Assembly: GCA_002269645.1 (NCBI GenBank)
Contig: NIVC01002453.1
Coordinates: forward strand, 1-48,790
Direction: 5' to 3'
Source: Macrostomum lignano
Lineage: Eukaryota
DNA length: 48,790 bases
The notes below the pieces were generated by a model. The model saw only the letters and a list, made by a program, of their open reading frames with translations. It had not been told where the DNA came from and did not search any database. This document shows positions 47,399-48,790 of this stretch, piece after piece; the stretch's first letter is position 1; each line of letters begins with the position of its first letter. Position numbers and translations under genes: made by a program.

Positions 47399-48790
47399 CG
47401 ATCCAACCCTGCGAGTCGGCCCAATCCAACCTGCGAATCGGCCCAATCCAACCCTGCGAATCGGCCCAATCCAACCCTGCGAATCGGCCCAATCCAACCT
47501 GAGAATCGGCCCAATCCAACCCTGCGAATCGGCCAATCCAACCCTGCGAATCGGCCCAATCCAACCGTGAGAATCGGCCCAATCCAACCTGCGAATCGGC
47601 CCAATCCAACCCTGCGAATCGGCCCAATCCAACCCTGCGAATCGGCCCAATCCAACCTGAGAATCGGCCCAATCCAACCCTGCGAATCGGCCCAATCCAA
47701 CCCTGCGAATCGGCCCAATCCAACCCTGAGAATCGCCCAATCCAACCCTGCGAATCGGCCCAATCCAACCCTGCGAATCGCCCAATCCAACCCTGCGAAT
47801 CGCCCAATCCAACCCTGCGAATCGGCCCAATCCAACCCTGCGAATCGGCCCAATCCAACCCTGAGAATCGGCCCAATCCAACCCTGCGATCGGCCCAATC
47901 CAACCCTGCGAATCGGCCCAATCCAACCCTGCGAATCGGCCCAATCCAACCCTGAGAATCGCCCAATCCAACCCTGCGAATCGGCCCAATCCAACCCTGC
48001 GATCGGCCCAATCCAACCCTGCGAATCGGCCCAATCCAACCTGAGAATCGGCCCAATCCAACCGTGAGAATCGGCCCAATCCAACCCTGCGAATCGGCCC
48101 AATCCAACCGTGAGAATCGGCCCAATCCAACCCTGCGAATCGGCCCAATCCAACCTGAGAATCGGCCCAATCCAACCGTGAGAATCGGCCCAATCCAACC
48201 CTGCGAATCGGCCCAATCCAACCTGAGAATCGGCCCAATCCAACCTGCGAGTCGCCCAATCCAACCCTGGAATCGGCCCAATCCAACCCTGCGAATCGGC
48301 CCAATCCAACCGTGAGAATCGCCCAATCCAACCCTGCGAATCGGCCCAATCCAACCCTGCGAATCGGCCCAATCCAACCCTGCGATCGGCCCAATCCAAC
48401 CCTGCGAATCGGCCCAATCCAACCCTGCGAATCGGCCCAATCCAACCTGCGAATCGCCAATCCAACCCTGCGAATCGGCCATCCAACCCTGCGAATCGGC
48501 CCAATCCAACCCTGCGATCGGCCCAATCCAACCCTGCGAATCGCCAATCCACCTGAGAATCGCCCAATCCAGCACTGAGAATCGCCCCAATCCAACCTGA
48601 GAATCGCCCAATCCACCTGAGAATCCCCAATCCACCTGAGAATCGCCCAATCCAGCACTGAGAATCGCCCCAATCCAACCTGAGAATCGCTCCAATCCAC
48701 CTGAGAATCGCCCCAATCCACCTGAGAATCGCCCAATCACCTGAGAATCGCCCCAATCCACCTGAGAATCGCCCCAATCCCACCTGAGAA
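47399..48790. repeat. Intronic minisatellite, 22-23 bp unit CCAATCCAACCCTGCGAATCGGC, shifting to CCAATCCACCTGAGAATCGCC
   Basis: Runs to the window end; source of the spurious 309-543 aa ORFs. Confidence 0.97.

Noticed and set aside
47130-48783. ORFs of 543, 464, 451 and 309 aa
   Set aside because: Stop-free translations of the 22-23 bp array; only 47157-47369 is a real exon.

Overview
Eukaryotic (animal) genomic DNA. GC-rich, poly-Q/A/S-rich exons with GT-AG introns filled with minisatellites sit in an AT-rich, transposon-littered background. This style suggests a free-living flatworm such as Macrostomum, but that is inference only. Seven protein genes can be assembled by hand. (1) An intronless orphan gene (618-1361, +). 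(2) A 3-exon PNUTS/PPP1R10 homolog (-) with no in-frame ATG where its conserved N-terminus begins. (3) A quiver/sleepless-like Ly6 three-finger gene (-, 18082-18706) absent from the ORF track, first exon unresolved. (4) A 2-exon CCDC137-like gene (+). (5) A KLHDC8-like kelch gene (+) that runs off the window end. Its 9.4-kb second intron hosts two antisense genes: (6) an ENPP-family ecto-phosphodiesterase and (7) a putative prohormone ending in QQQKKWYEW-G-K-stop, predicting a Trp-amide neuropeptide I cannot assign to a family. Also present are three decayed mariner elements, a tRNA-derived SINE, small palindromic/MITE elements, a foldback-like pair of inverted 12-bp arrays and about a dozen minisatellites. 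Most long ORFs in the track are translations of these repeats. All homology calls come from motif recognition, not database searches.
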